Positions 27,385-35,880 of a stretch of 52,046 nt of DNA are shown here, in pieces. This stretch comes from an uncultured Bacteroidia bacterium (GTDB lineage Bacteria > Bacteroidota > Bacteroidia > Bacteroidales > UBA932). A program made the translations under genes and the position numbers. The notes below the pieces were generated by a model. It had not been told where the DNA came from and did no database searches. It saw nothing but the letters and a program-made list of their open reading frames with translations. The number at the start of each line of letters is the position of its first letter. Positions within the stretch are counted from its first letter, which is position 1. The stretch lies in NCBI GenBank assembly GCA_902803535.1, contig CADCQP010000087.1:1-52046 (forward strand), in the 5' to 3' direction.

Positions 27385-28077
27385 ATGAACCTATACGAAG
27401 AACTTTGCAAGGATTACCGTTTCCGCGAGGGATTGCACACATGCATTAACTGCGGGACCTGTACTGCCATATGCCCTGCGGCGGAATTCTACCGCTATGA
27501 TCCGCGCCGGATCGTGGATATCGTCCAGAGAAAGAACGAAGATGAGATAGAGGCCCTGCTCAAGAGCGATACCATATGGTACTGCGGCGAGTGCATGAGC
27601 TGTTCCACCCGTTGCCCGCGGACCAACACTCCGGGGCTGGTGATCATGGCCCTCAGGGCGATGTCCATACGCCATGGCTTCTTTACTGCCAGCGAGAAGG
27701 GCAGGCAGGTTTATCCGCTTACCAAGCTGTTGACGGGCAATATCCTGAATTATGGTTACTGTGTCTATCCCGAGACATTCAAATGGGAAGACCATCAGGA
27801 GAGCGGTCCTGTCTTCAAGTGGCATCTGGAGCATCTCAAGGATGACTTTGAAAGGATCGGGGCCAATTACCAGGGAACGGGACCGGGTGTCCTCCGCCGG
27901 ATCCCCCAGGAGGACCGTGATGAGCTCAAGGCGATCTTCGACGAGACCGGAGCCACTGACCAGATCAACCTGGTCGAAAGGTGTTCCAAGGCAAAGGCCG
28001 AGGAGATGGGAATGACGCTGGAGGAATACGGGAAGTACACGTTCGAGTACAATTCCGGAAACGATTTCGACAAATGA
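27385..28077 (+). CDS. hdrC: Heterodisulfide reductase subunit C-like 2x[4Fe-4S] protein
   Basis: CINCGTCTAICP and IWYCGECMSCSTRCP, plus the YDPRRIV motif and a long C-terminal extension. Confidence 0.85.
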   Translation: MNLYEELCKDYRFREGLHTCINCGTCTAICPAAEFYRYDPRRIVDIVQRKNEDEIEALLKSDTIWYCGECMSCSTRCPRTNTPGLVIMALRAMSIRHGFFTASEKGRQVYPLTKLLTGNILNYGYCVYPETFKWEDHQESGPVFKWHLEHLKDDFERIGANYQGTGPGVLRRIPQEDRDELKAIFDETGATDQINLVERCSKAKAEEMGMTLEEYGKYTFEYNSGNDFDK

Positions 28078-29144
28078 TTTACCAGGGCAAACAGAAGATA
28101 TGGGCGGATTATCAGAAGGAAATACCTGATGATCACTGGTATTATGTCCGCAGCTGCATCAGGCAGAACTTTTTCCCGGGCTCGGAGAAGATGTTCACCA
28201 AGATAACCAGGGACGACCTGGGACTGGACATGCACGAGAATGCCCATCACACCACTTGCGGGGGCATAGCCTATCACTGTGACACGATTCCGCAGGAAAC
28301 TGTCATGACCATTGTGGCACGCCAGTTCGCGTTGATGACTGAGGCGGGATATGAGAATTACTGCTGCTCATGCATCACCTCTTTCGGCAATTACATAGAG
28401 ACCCTTGAATCCTGGCACGAGTTCCCCGAACTTGAGGCCCGTATCCGTGAGCATCTGTGGAAGAGCTGCAAGCGGGAATTCAACAAACCGAAGTACATCG
28501 CCCACACTTCCGACGTAATCTACAAGCACCGCAACGAGATAGCCGAGAAGGCGAAATTCCGCCTCGTGGACAAGAACACCGGAGAACCTCTCAGGGGAGT
28601 TGAACACATAGGTTGCCACTACAACAAGATGTTCCCCAGCAAGGGGGTAGGCGGGGCGGAGTATCCATATGTCCTGTGCGGCATGATCGAGAGCTGGGGC
28701 GGCCAGGTAATCGATTATCCCGAGAGGCGCCATTGCTGCGGCTACGGATTCAGGCAGTACCACATAAAGGCCAACAGGGGCTATTCCTTCGCCAATACCC
28801 ACAAGAAATTCGAGAGCATGGAGCCCTACCATCCCGATTTCATCCTGACCAACTGCCCCGGTTGCCCGTATTTCCTCGACAGGTGGCAGTACGTCACCGC
28901 GGAGACCGAAGGCAAGACCTATGGTCGCAACGGCTGTGGGATACCGGTATTTACATATGAGGAACTGGCCTCGCTTGTCCTCGGGTACGATCCCTGGGAC
29001 ATCGGACTCCAGATGCACCAGGTGGCTGTAGAGCCTTTCCTCGACAGGATAGGCATTGAGTACGATCCTGGCGCGAAGTATCTGGGCGTGAATAAGAAAG
29101 ACTTGGGACGCCCGTCACTTCCAGAGCATATGGTCTGCTTTTAA
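28074..29144 (+). CDS. hdrB: Heterodisulfide reductase subunit B-like CCG-domain protein
   Basis: Motifs RSC, TTCGG, CSCITS, HIGCHY, HCCGYG, NCPGC..LDRWQ and IGLQMH. ATGA overlap with hdrC. Confidence 0.85.
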   Translation: MIYQGKQKIWADYQKEIPDDHWYYVRSCIRQNFFPGSEKMFTKITRDDLGLDMHENAHHTTCGGIAYHCDTIPQETVMTIVARQFALMTEAGYENYCCSCITSFGNYIETLESWHEFPELEARIREHLWKSCKREFNKPKYIAHTSDVIYKHRNEIAEKAKFRLVDKNTGEPLRGVEHIGCHYNKMFPSKGVGGAEYPYVLCGMIESWGGQVIDYPERRHCCGYGFRQYHIKANRGYSFANTHKKFESMEPYHPDFILTNCPGCPYFLDRWQYVTAETEGKTYGRNGCGIPVFTYEELASLVLGYDPWDIGLQMHQVAVEPFLDRIGIEYDPGAKYLGVNKKDLGRPSLPEHMVCF

Positions 29145-29153
29145 ACAAGGAAT

Positions 29154-30161
29154 ATGAAAGAGACAGTTGTCATAATAGGTGGCGGAATCGCCGCGATAGA
29201 GGCTGCCAGGCAGCTTCTGTCCCTGGGCTATTCCCCGCTTATCGTCGAGCGCAGCAACAGCCTCGGCGGTCACGTCGCACAGTGGCACCGGCTTTTCCCG
29301 GACATGACTCCTGCCCAGGATCTGGTCAGGCAGATGATTTCCTCCATATCCCAGGCTGAGATATGCCTCGGAACAGAGGTGGCATCGCTCAACCGCCTGA
29401 AAGACGGTTATAGCGTTGTGCTCTCAAACGGACGCAACGTGGTGTGCCGTGCGGTCCTCATCGCTACCGGTTTCGACCTCTTCGATGCGAGGAAGAAAGA
29501 AGAATATGGCTATGGCATATACAACCAGGTAATGACCAACCGTGACCTGGAGCAGTGGTTCAATACCGGCAATGACCCCAGGGTGCGTAATCCGAAGAGC
29601 ATCGGTTTTGTGCACTGCGTGGGAAGCCGTGACCTGAAGGCCGGGAATTCCCAGTGCAGCAAAGTCTGCTGCGTCACTGCGATCAAGCAGGCCATAGAGA
29701 TGAAGGAGAGATTCCCGGCGGCACAGATCTATTGTTTCTACATGGACCTGCGCCTGTTCGGAAAGAAATACGAAGATTTCTACATCAATGCCCAGAAGGA
29801 TTTCGACATCCATTTCATCAGGGGCAGGGTCTCCCAGGTGGACGAGACCATCGACGGGGGAGTAGTAGTAAAGGCTGAGGACACTCTCAGCGGGAAACCC
29901 TTGAAAGTGAGCCTCGACCTCCTTGTCCTCATGTCCGGGATGGTGTGCAATGCGGGGTCTGCCTCGATTGCCGGGATGATCCGGGCGGATGTTGATACCG
30001 ACGGATTCCTCCGCAGCAAGGACAACGTTTACAATATCGTTGAAAGCAACAGGCCGGGGATATTTTTCGCAGGGGCCTGCACAGGCACCAAGACCGTCCC
30101 GGAGACCATATCCGAGGCCCGTTCCGCAGCGCTCTCCATCCATAATTACCTGAAGGGATGA
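29154..30161 (+). CDS. hdrA: Short HdrA-like FAD/[4Fe-4S] protein (335 aa, no ferredoxin inserts)
   Basis: Motifs IGGGIAAI, LGGH, IATGF, EYGYG, HCVGSRD..CSKVCC, YMDLRLFGKKYEDFY and GIFFAGAC. Confidence 0.88.
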   Translation: MKETVVIIGGGIAAIEAARQLLSLGYSPLIVERSNSLGGHVAQWHRLFPDMTPAQDLVRQMISSISQAEICLGTEVASLNRLKDGYSVVLSNGRNVVCRAVLIATGFDLFDARKKEEYGYGIYNQVMTNRDLEQWFNTGNDPRVRNPKSIGFVHCVGSRDLKAGNSQCSKVCCVTAIKQAIEMKERFPAAQIYCFYMDLRLFGKKYEDFYINAQKDFDIHFIRGRVSQVDETIDGGVVVKAEDTLSGKPLKVSLDLLVLMSGMVCNAGSASIAGMIRADVDTDGFLRSKDNVYNIVESNRPGIFFAGACTGTKTVPETISEARSAALSIHNYLKG

Positions 30162-30478
30162 TAGATTTCGGATTCAAGAAGGCTAAGAGCTCCACGGTCA
30201 ACCTCGATGAGGTTGACATGCGGCTCTATTATGCCGTCGCCGAAATCGAGCCGGATATAAAGCGCTGCATGGAGTGCGGCAGCTGCACGGCTGCCTGTAC
30301 TTCCGGCCCGTTTAACGGGATGAGCCTGCGGCAGGTCATTCACGGACTGCAGAGGGGAACTGACGTGCGTCCTATGATAAGCGGGTGCATGCTTTGCGGG
30401 AAGTGCTCCATGGTCTGTCCGCGTGGGATCAACACCAGGCACCTGCTTTTGACTATCTCAAGGATCTATTCGAAATGA
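30158..30478 (+). CDS. Small HdrC-like 2x[4Fe-4S] dicluster protein
   Basis: CMECGSCTAACT and CMLCGKCSMVCPRG. ATGA overlaps at both ends. Confidence 0.85.
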   Translation: MIDFGFKKAKSSTVNLDEVDMRLYYAVAEIEPDIKRCMECGSCTAACTSGPFNGMSLRQVIHGLQRGTDVRPMISGCMLCGKCSMVCPRGINTRHLLLTISRIYSK

Positions 30479-32337
30479 TTGAGGACAGGATAGCTAACGG
30501 TTTTTCACCTTTCGTAATCCCATTCATGGTGGGAATGGCCTTCGTCCTGGGCTATTGCATCATCGGGATGGTAAGGCTCCTGCTTCAGCTGCCGGGCGAG
30601 GACAGGAAGAAGTTCCTGGTCTCCCTGATCACTCCCTCTACAATGTTGAAGAATGTCCGGGACCTTTTCCTGGACTGCCTGTTCCATGTGAAACTGTGGA
30701 AAAGGAAGCCCCTCCTGGGGTATATGCATTCGAGCATCGCTTTCGGCTGGTTCATGATCATCCTCCTCGGGCACATCGAAGTCGCGCTGTTCCTTCCGCA
30801 CAGGCTGAAGACCTTCTATTATCCGATCTTTTTCAATTATTTCGTCGCCGAAGAGGGCCGGACCCTGAAGGGCTCTGTGTTCTTCTTCCTGATGGATTTC
30901 TTCCTCCTGGTCATCCTCAGCGGCATTATCCTCGCCATAATCAAGAGGATCCGTTCACGCTGGTTCGGGATGCGGCGCACTACAAAGCTTACGGCTGTTG
31001 ACAGGATCGGCCTTTATTCATTGTGGCTGATTTTCCCGTTGAGGCTTCTTGCAGAAGGGTTTACGGCTCACATCAGCGGCGGCAGCTTCCTGACCATGCC
31101 TGTGAACTGGGTGGTCCAGCATGTGTTCTCTTCCCCCGGGTTCTTTGACAATAACCTGCATATGCTGCCTACCTGGTGGGCGTACTCGATAGACCTCGCC
31201 GTCTTCATGTTCGTACTGCCTTTCTCCCGTTACATGCACATCCCGGCCGAGATGCTTCTGATCCCGATGCGCAATGCGGGCCTTAAGATACGCAATGCCA
31301 GGAAGGGATTCGCCAAGGCTGTAGTCTACAGTTGCCCGTCCTGCGGAGTCTGTATCGATGCCTGCCCGATGACGGTGAAGAAAGCTAACGTGAAATACTC
31401 TACGGTGTATCTCAACCGCCAGATACGCAGGGGCAACGAGGATAAGATTGAGGAAATTTCCGACAAATGCCTCATGTGCGGGAAATGTTCGGCAGTATGC
31501 CAGGTCGGAGTACAGGGGCCGGAACTCAGAGTTGCCCAGAGGGCTGTCCGCAAATATGCCGTCCCAGGCGATTTCTCGTCCATCAATACGGTCCCGCTGA
31601 CCATCGCCGCAGGACAGGGTACAGGCAACGTGGCCTATTTCGCAGGGTGCATGACGGCCCTGACTCCAGGCATATCGCGAAGCGTCGAGTCCCTCCTGAA
31701 GAAGTCCGGAGTGGATTACAAGTTCCTGGACAGGGACGGCGGCTTGTGTTGCGGAAGGCCTATGCTGATGGCAGGAAGGATTAAGGAGGCGCATCAGATA
31801 ATGGCCAAGAACAGGGAGATCATCCTGTCCAGCGGGTGTGACACCCTTCTGGTGAGCTGCCCGATATGCTACAAGGTTTTCAAGGAAAACTACGATCTTG
31901 AGGCTGCCGGAGTCAAGGTGCTGCATCACAGCGTCTATTTCGAATCCCTCGCGGCTTCCGGTAAGCTCAAGATAGAACATGACCTGCTGAACCTCGTTTT
32001 CCATGACCCGTGTGAACTCGGAAGGGGAAGCGGAATCTATGAGCAGCCCAGGAACCTGCTTGCCCTTGCCGGAAACCTGGTCGGGGCTGAGCAGGACAGG
32101 AAGATGAGCATATGCTGCGGTGGTTCACTCGGTTCTCTCACCCTGGACTTCCAGCAGCGTGAAGACATGACCCGCAATGCGCTCAAGAACCTGTGCGCTG
32201 ATGTCCCGGACATCATAGTTACGGCGTGCCCGCTCTGCCGCAGCACCCTTCGCCGCTACGCCGACAGGCCAGTTCTGGACATCTCGGAAGTGGTTGACAG
32301 ATTTGCGGTTGCCCGTGGACTGGAGCGCTCCGCATGA
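30475..32337 (+). CDS. Membrane-anchored Fe-S oxidoreductase: NarI/HdrE-like TM domain, 2x[4Fe-4S] and two CCG domains (HdrD/HdrF/GlpC-like)
   Basis: About 5 TM helices with His in GYMH, LGH and SRYMH. Cluster motifs CPSCGVCIDACP and CLMCGKCSAVC. CCG domains YFAGC..LCCG..SCPIC and FHDPC..ICCG..ACPLC. Confidence 0.85.
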   Translation: MIEDRIANGFSPFVIPFMVGMAFVLGYCIIGMVRLLLQLPGEDRKKFLVSLITPSTMLKNVRDLFLDCLFHVKLWKRKPLLGYMHSSIAFGWFMIILLGHIEVALFLPHRLKTFYYPIFFNYFVAEEGRTLKGSVFFFLMDFFLLVILSGIILAIIKRIRSRWFGMRRTTKLTAVDRIGLYSLWLIFPLRLLAEGFTAHISGGSFLTMPVNWVVQHVFSSPGFFDNNLHMLPTWWAYSIDLAVFMFVLPFSRYMHIPAEMLLIPMRNAGLKIRNARKGFAKAVVYSCPSCGVCIDACPMTVKKANVKYSTVYLNRQIRRGNEDKIEEISDKCLMCGKCSAVCQVGVQGPELRVAQRAVRKYAVPGDFSSINTVPLTIAAGQGTGNVAYFAGCMTALTPGISRSVESLLKKSGVDYKFLDRDGGLCCGRPMLMAGRIKEAHQIMAKNREIILSSGCDTLLVSCPICYKVFKENYDLEAAGVKVLHHSVYFESLAASGKLKIEHDLLNLVFHDPCELGRGSGIYEQPRNLLALAGNLVGAEQDRKMSICCGGSLGSLTLDFQQREDMTRNALKNLCADVPDIIVTACPLCRSTLRRYADRPVLDISEVVDRFAVARGLERSA

Positions 32338-33779
32338 GTGTCTATGCCGCCATCGACCTCAAGTCATTCTACGCATCAGTAGAATGCGTGGAGAGGGGGC
32401 TGGACCCTCTCGATACCAATCTTGTAGTCGCTGATGTCAGCAGGTCGGACAAGACCATATGCCTCGCTGTCTCTCCCTCCCTCAAGGCTTACGGCATTCC
32501 CGGGCGGGCAAGGCTGTTCGAGGTCATACGCAAGCTTGAATCAGTTAATTACGACAGACGTCGCCAGGCTCCCGGACGCAGGTTCTACGGATCTTCCCAT
32601 TTCGCATCCGAACTTGCAGCCCATCCGGAGCTGAGTGTCGGCTACATCGCGGCGACTCCAAGGATGTCGCATTATATAGACTTCAGTACCAGGATATACG
32701 GAATCTACCTCAGGCACGTCGCTCCCGAGGACATCCATGTCTATTCGATAGACGAGGTCTTCATTGACCTGACGTCATATCTGGAGAACAGCGGCAAGAC
32801 TGCCCACGAGATGACCATGGACATGATCCATGAGGTCCTCGCTGAAACTGGGATCACCGCAACTGCGGGGATAGGAAGCAATATGTACCTGGCGAAGGTC
32901 GCAATGGATATAGTGGCAAAGCATATGCCTGCCGACAGCGACGGAGTGCGTATCGCCGAACTGGATGAGATGTCGTACCGTTCCCTGCTTTGGAATCACG
33001 AGCCTATTACCGATTTCTGGAGGGTGGGGCATGGTACGGCGGAGCGGCTGGCCTCTTACGGGGTCAAGACCATGGGACAGGTCGCCAGGCTTTCTCTGGT
33101 TAATGAGGAGGCCCTGTACAAGCTCTTCGGGATCAATGCCGAGCTTCTCATCGACCATGCCTGGGGCTGGGAGCCGTGTACGATGCCGCTGATCAAATCT
33201 TTCCGCCCTGAGTCCAATTCCATCGGAAGCGGACAGGTCCTCATGGAGGGATATGACCTGAAGAGGGCAAGGGTCGTGGTCAAGGAAATGGCTGACTCGC
33301 TGGCACTTGAACTTGTTGACAAGAAACTTGTAACCGACCAGGTCGTCCTGACTGCCGGCTTTGAGGCCGGGAATCCGGGGGAGCCCCCTCCCAAGCATGC
33401 CCACGGTTCCTCCAATCTCGGGAGGCTGACTTCATCCTCCCGGCTGATATCAAAGGCGGCGATGGAGATCTTCGACAGGATAATGAATCCTGCATTAAAG
33501 GTGCGCCGGCTCGGGATAACCGCAACCCATGTGGTCCCGCGCGATGTGGCTGGTTTTCATTCAGAGGCGGTTCAGCTTGACCTTTTCGAGGATTCCGCGG
33601 AGCTTGAGCGCAGGCAGAAGGAAATGGAAGAGTCATTGAAGAAGGAACGCGCCCTTCAGGAGACCGTGCTGAACCTGAAGAAGCGTTTCGGCAAAAATAC
33701 TGTCCTCAGGGGATTCAATTTCGAAGAAGGAGCTACCGGACGGGACAGGAACATGCAGATAGGAGGACACAAGGCATGA
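32334..33779 (+). CDS. Y-family (UmuC/UvrX/YobH-like) error-prone DNA polymerase
   Basis: Motifs IDLKSFYASVEC, YSIDEVFID, TAGIGSNMYLAK and DFWRVG, with C-terminal QLDLF and QIGGHKA. Confidence 0.92.
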   Translation: MSVYAAIDLKSFYASVECVERGLDPLDTNLVVADVSRSDKTICLAVSPSLKAYGIPGRARLFEVIRKLESVNYDRRRQAPGRRFYGSSHFASELAAHPELSVGYIAATPRMSHYIDFSTRIYGIYLRHVAPEDIHVYSIDEVFIDLTSYLENSGKTAHEMTMDMIHEVLAETGITATAGIGSNMYLAKVAMDIVAKHMPADSDGVRIAELDEMSYRSLLWNHEPITDFWRVGHGTAERLASYGVKTMGQVARLSLVNEEALYKLFGINAELLIDHAWGWEPCTMPLIKSFRPESNSIGSGQVLMEGYDLKRARVVVKEMADSLALELVDKKLVTDQVVLTAGFEAGNPGEPPPKHAHGSSNLGRLTSSSRLISKAAMEIFDRIMNPALKVRRLGITATHVVPRDVAGFHSEAVQLDLFEDSAELERRQKEMEESLKKERALQETVLNLKKRFGKNTVLRGFNFEEGATGRDRNMQIGGHKA

Positions 33780-34195
33780 CGGGTGAAGACTATTCTGACA
33801 TAATTTCTCTTCCGCATCATGAGTCTTCGGTGCATCCCAGGATGCCTCTTGCACAGAGGGCAGCCCAGTTTGCCCCTTTTGCAGCCCTTTCAGGATATGA
33901 TGAGGCCATAGCGGAGCGGGCAAGACTTACTGACAATGTGGTGGAAGATGAAAGCAAGACAGGTGCGCTGAACCTGAAAGCCCAGATCCTGCGGAGTCGT
34001 CTTTCGCAGCATCCCGCATTGAAAGTGAGGTATTTCCGCCCGGATGAAAGGAAAGCGGGAGGAAAATATGTGTCAGTGTCCGGCAGGTTGAAAGACATTG
34101 ACGACGTCAGGCGGCAGTTTGTCATTGAGGAAGTGACTGCGGATGATGTTGTCAGGGTAGACGTAGAAAGCATCGCCGAAATAGAGATCCTTTGA
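33776..34195 (+). CDS. YolD-like protein (accessory partner of UmuC-type polymerases)
   Basis: YSDIISLPHH..HPRM..RAAQFAPFAALSGY and GGKYVSVSG. ATGA overlap with the polymerase gene. Confidence 0.85.
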   Translation: MTGEDYSDIISLPHHESSVHPRMPLAQRAAQFAPFAALSGYDEAIAERARLTDNVVEDESKTGALNLKAQILRSRLSQHPALKVRYFRPDERKAGGKYVSVSGRLKDIDDVRRQFVIEEVTADDVVRVDVESIAEIEIL

Positions 34196-34242
34196 CGCTT
34201 TTGTGTCAAAATCAGTATATTTGCAGGGTTAATCAATTACGT

Positions 34243-35226
34243 ATGAAAAGAATATTGTTATTTGCGGCTTTAATCATCGCCGCAAGTTGCGGAGTAAGGC
34301 CTTCGGCCGCTTCGGTCAGCGCTCCTCAGGCCGGGAATGCTCCGGCCAAAGTCTATTTTATACCTGACGTTTCGTCTGAAGCCCTCATCCAATCCTACAA
34401 GGCTCTCGGACGTGCTGCCACCGGTAAAGTCGCCGTGAAGATTTCCACCGGAGAAGCCGGGAATGACAATTACCTGCATCCGGAACTGATTGCCGGGCTG
34501 CTCAAGGAAGTGAAGGGCAAGATAGTGGAGTGTAATACGGCATATGGCGGAAGCCGCCAGGATCCGGCCTTGCATGACAAGACCATTGAAGAGCATGGTT
34601 TCAACAAGGTCGGCGGGGTCGACCTTATGGACCGCGAGGGCGAGGTTTCCATTCCTGTCCCGAAGGGATCAGTCGTCCTTAAGGATGACATAGTGGGCAA
34701 GAACATGCTCAACTATGATTTCATGGTGGTTTTGAGCCATTTCAAGGGACATGCGATGGGCGGTTTCGGCGGAGCGCTGAAGAACCTGTCGATAGGATGC
34801 GCTTCCACCAACGGGAAGGCATATATCCACACCGGAGGGAAAGACCGCACGCTTCAGGCTGACACCTGGTCAGACAAGAAGCTTGCCGGCCTGGACGAGT
34901 TCAAGGATGCGATGGCGGAGGCCGCTGGTGCAGTGGTCAATCATTTCGGGGAGAAGATACTCTATATCAATGTAATATACCGGCTGAGCGTCGATTGCGA
35001 CTGTGACAGCCATCCTGCTGCTCCCCAGATGAAGGACATCGGTATCGCCGCCAGCCTGGATCCGGTAGCGCTTGATCAGGCCTGCGTTGACATGATATTC
35101 AACAGCGACGATCCCGGCAACAGGCATATGGTCGAGAGGATAGTTTCCCGCCACGGGACCCGCATCCTCTACTGGGCACAGCATCTGGGCTATGGATCCC
35201 GCGATTACGAGCTTGTGAAGCTGTAG
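34243..35226 (+). CDS. DUF362-domain protein (putative Fe-S binding) with a lipoprotein-like signal
   Basis: Motifs VAVKISTGE, ECNTAYGGSR, SHFKGH..GFGGALKN, VDCDC and DPVALDQAC. It has its own -7 element, TATATTTG at 34216-34223. Confidence 0.85.
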   Translation: MKRILLFAALIIAASCGVRPSAASVSAPQAGNAPAKVYFIPDVSSEALIQSYKALGRAATGKVAVKISTGEAGNDNYLHPELIAGLLKEVKGKIVECNTAYGGSRQDPALHDKTIEEHGFNKVGGVDLMDREGEVSIPVPKGSVVLKDDIVGKNMLNYDFMVVLSHFKGHAMGGFGGALKNLSIGCASTNGKAYIHTGGKDRTLQADTWSDKKLAGLDEFKDAMAEAAGAVVNHFGEKILYINVIYRLSVDCDCDSHPAAPQMKDIGIAASLDPVALDQACVDMIFNSDDPGNRHMVERIVSRHGTRILYWAQHLGYGSRDYELVKL

Positions 35227-35880
35227 TTAGGAAACGATACTTATAAGTCTTACGTCAGGGCTGCTCTGAAGCATGTCTGTAATTGCTTCCAGGTAGTTTC
35301 CCTGACGTATTTTTATGTCAAGGTTGACGGTCAGGGTGTTATCCTTTTCCTGCGTAATGGAATAGGACCATACCCTGACTTTCTTTTCTTTCAGGGCATC
35401 CGCAATTCGCAGGAATGCTTCACGAGAATCGGCTGAAAAAGTCAGTGCGACGGATTTTTCTCCAAACACCGGGAGATTGTGGGTGATTTCCAGTACAAGC
35501 AGGACCAGTAACGTTGCGAAACCGCTGATGATATACATCCCTCCGCCGCAGGCCATGCCTATCGCAGAGGTAACCCACAGTCCGGCTGCAGTGGTCAGCC
35601 CTCGCACGGAATTCTTCTGGAAGATGATGATTCCGGCTCCGATGAAACCTATGCCTGACACCACCTGGGCGGCGACCCTTGATGCATCAAAGCGCCCTCC
35701 ATCCATCAGTGTGGCGAACCCGTATTGTGAGATGAGCATGAAAAGGGCTGAACCCAGTGCGACAAGGAAATGGGTCCTGAAACCGGCTTCTTTTGAGCGG
35801 AATTCCCTCTCAAGCCCGATGAGGCCGCCGAGAATCCCGGCGATGCAAAGGCGGATGATGAATTGTGTTGTCATTGTCAT
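35227..35880 (-). CDS. mgtC: MgtC/SapB-family membrane protein
   Basis: Motifs IGLERE, AGFRTHFLVALGSALF, RVAAQVVSGIGFIGAG and GLTTAA, with a C-terminal ACT-like domain. ATGA overlap with the porin gene. Confidence 0.88.
   Translation of the reverse strand: MTMTTQFIIRLCIAGILGGLIGLEREFRSKEAGFRTHFLVALGSALFMLISQYGFATLMDGGRFDASRVAAQVVSGIGFIGAGIIIFQKNSVRGLTTAAGLWVTSAIGMACGGGMYIISGFATLLVLLVLEITHNLPVFGEKSVALTFSADSREAFLRIADALKEKKVRVWSYSITQEKDNTLTVNLDIKIRQGNYLEAITDMLQSSPDVRLISIVS

Noticed and set aside
31018-32004. 328-aa minus-strand ORF
   Set aside because: Antisense shadow of the membrane Fe-S oxidoreductase.
27385-32337. Methanogenesis or methane oxidation implied by the names Hdr and PmoA (23359-24396)
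   Set aside because: The context is clearly Bacteroidales with no mcr, mvh or pmoBC genes. The PmoA label on DUF6807-like proteins is only a family name.
32334-34195. Possible ICE or prophage suggested by the UmuC/YolD cassette (and by ssb at 6.3 kb)
   Set aside because: No integrase, relaxase, transposase, phage gene, att-like repeat or evident compositional break is present.
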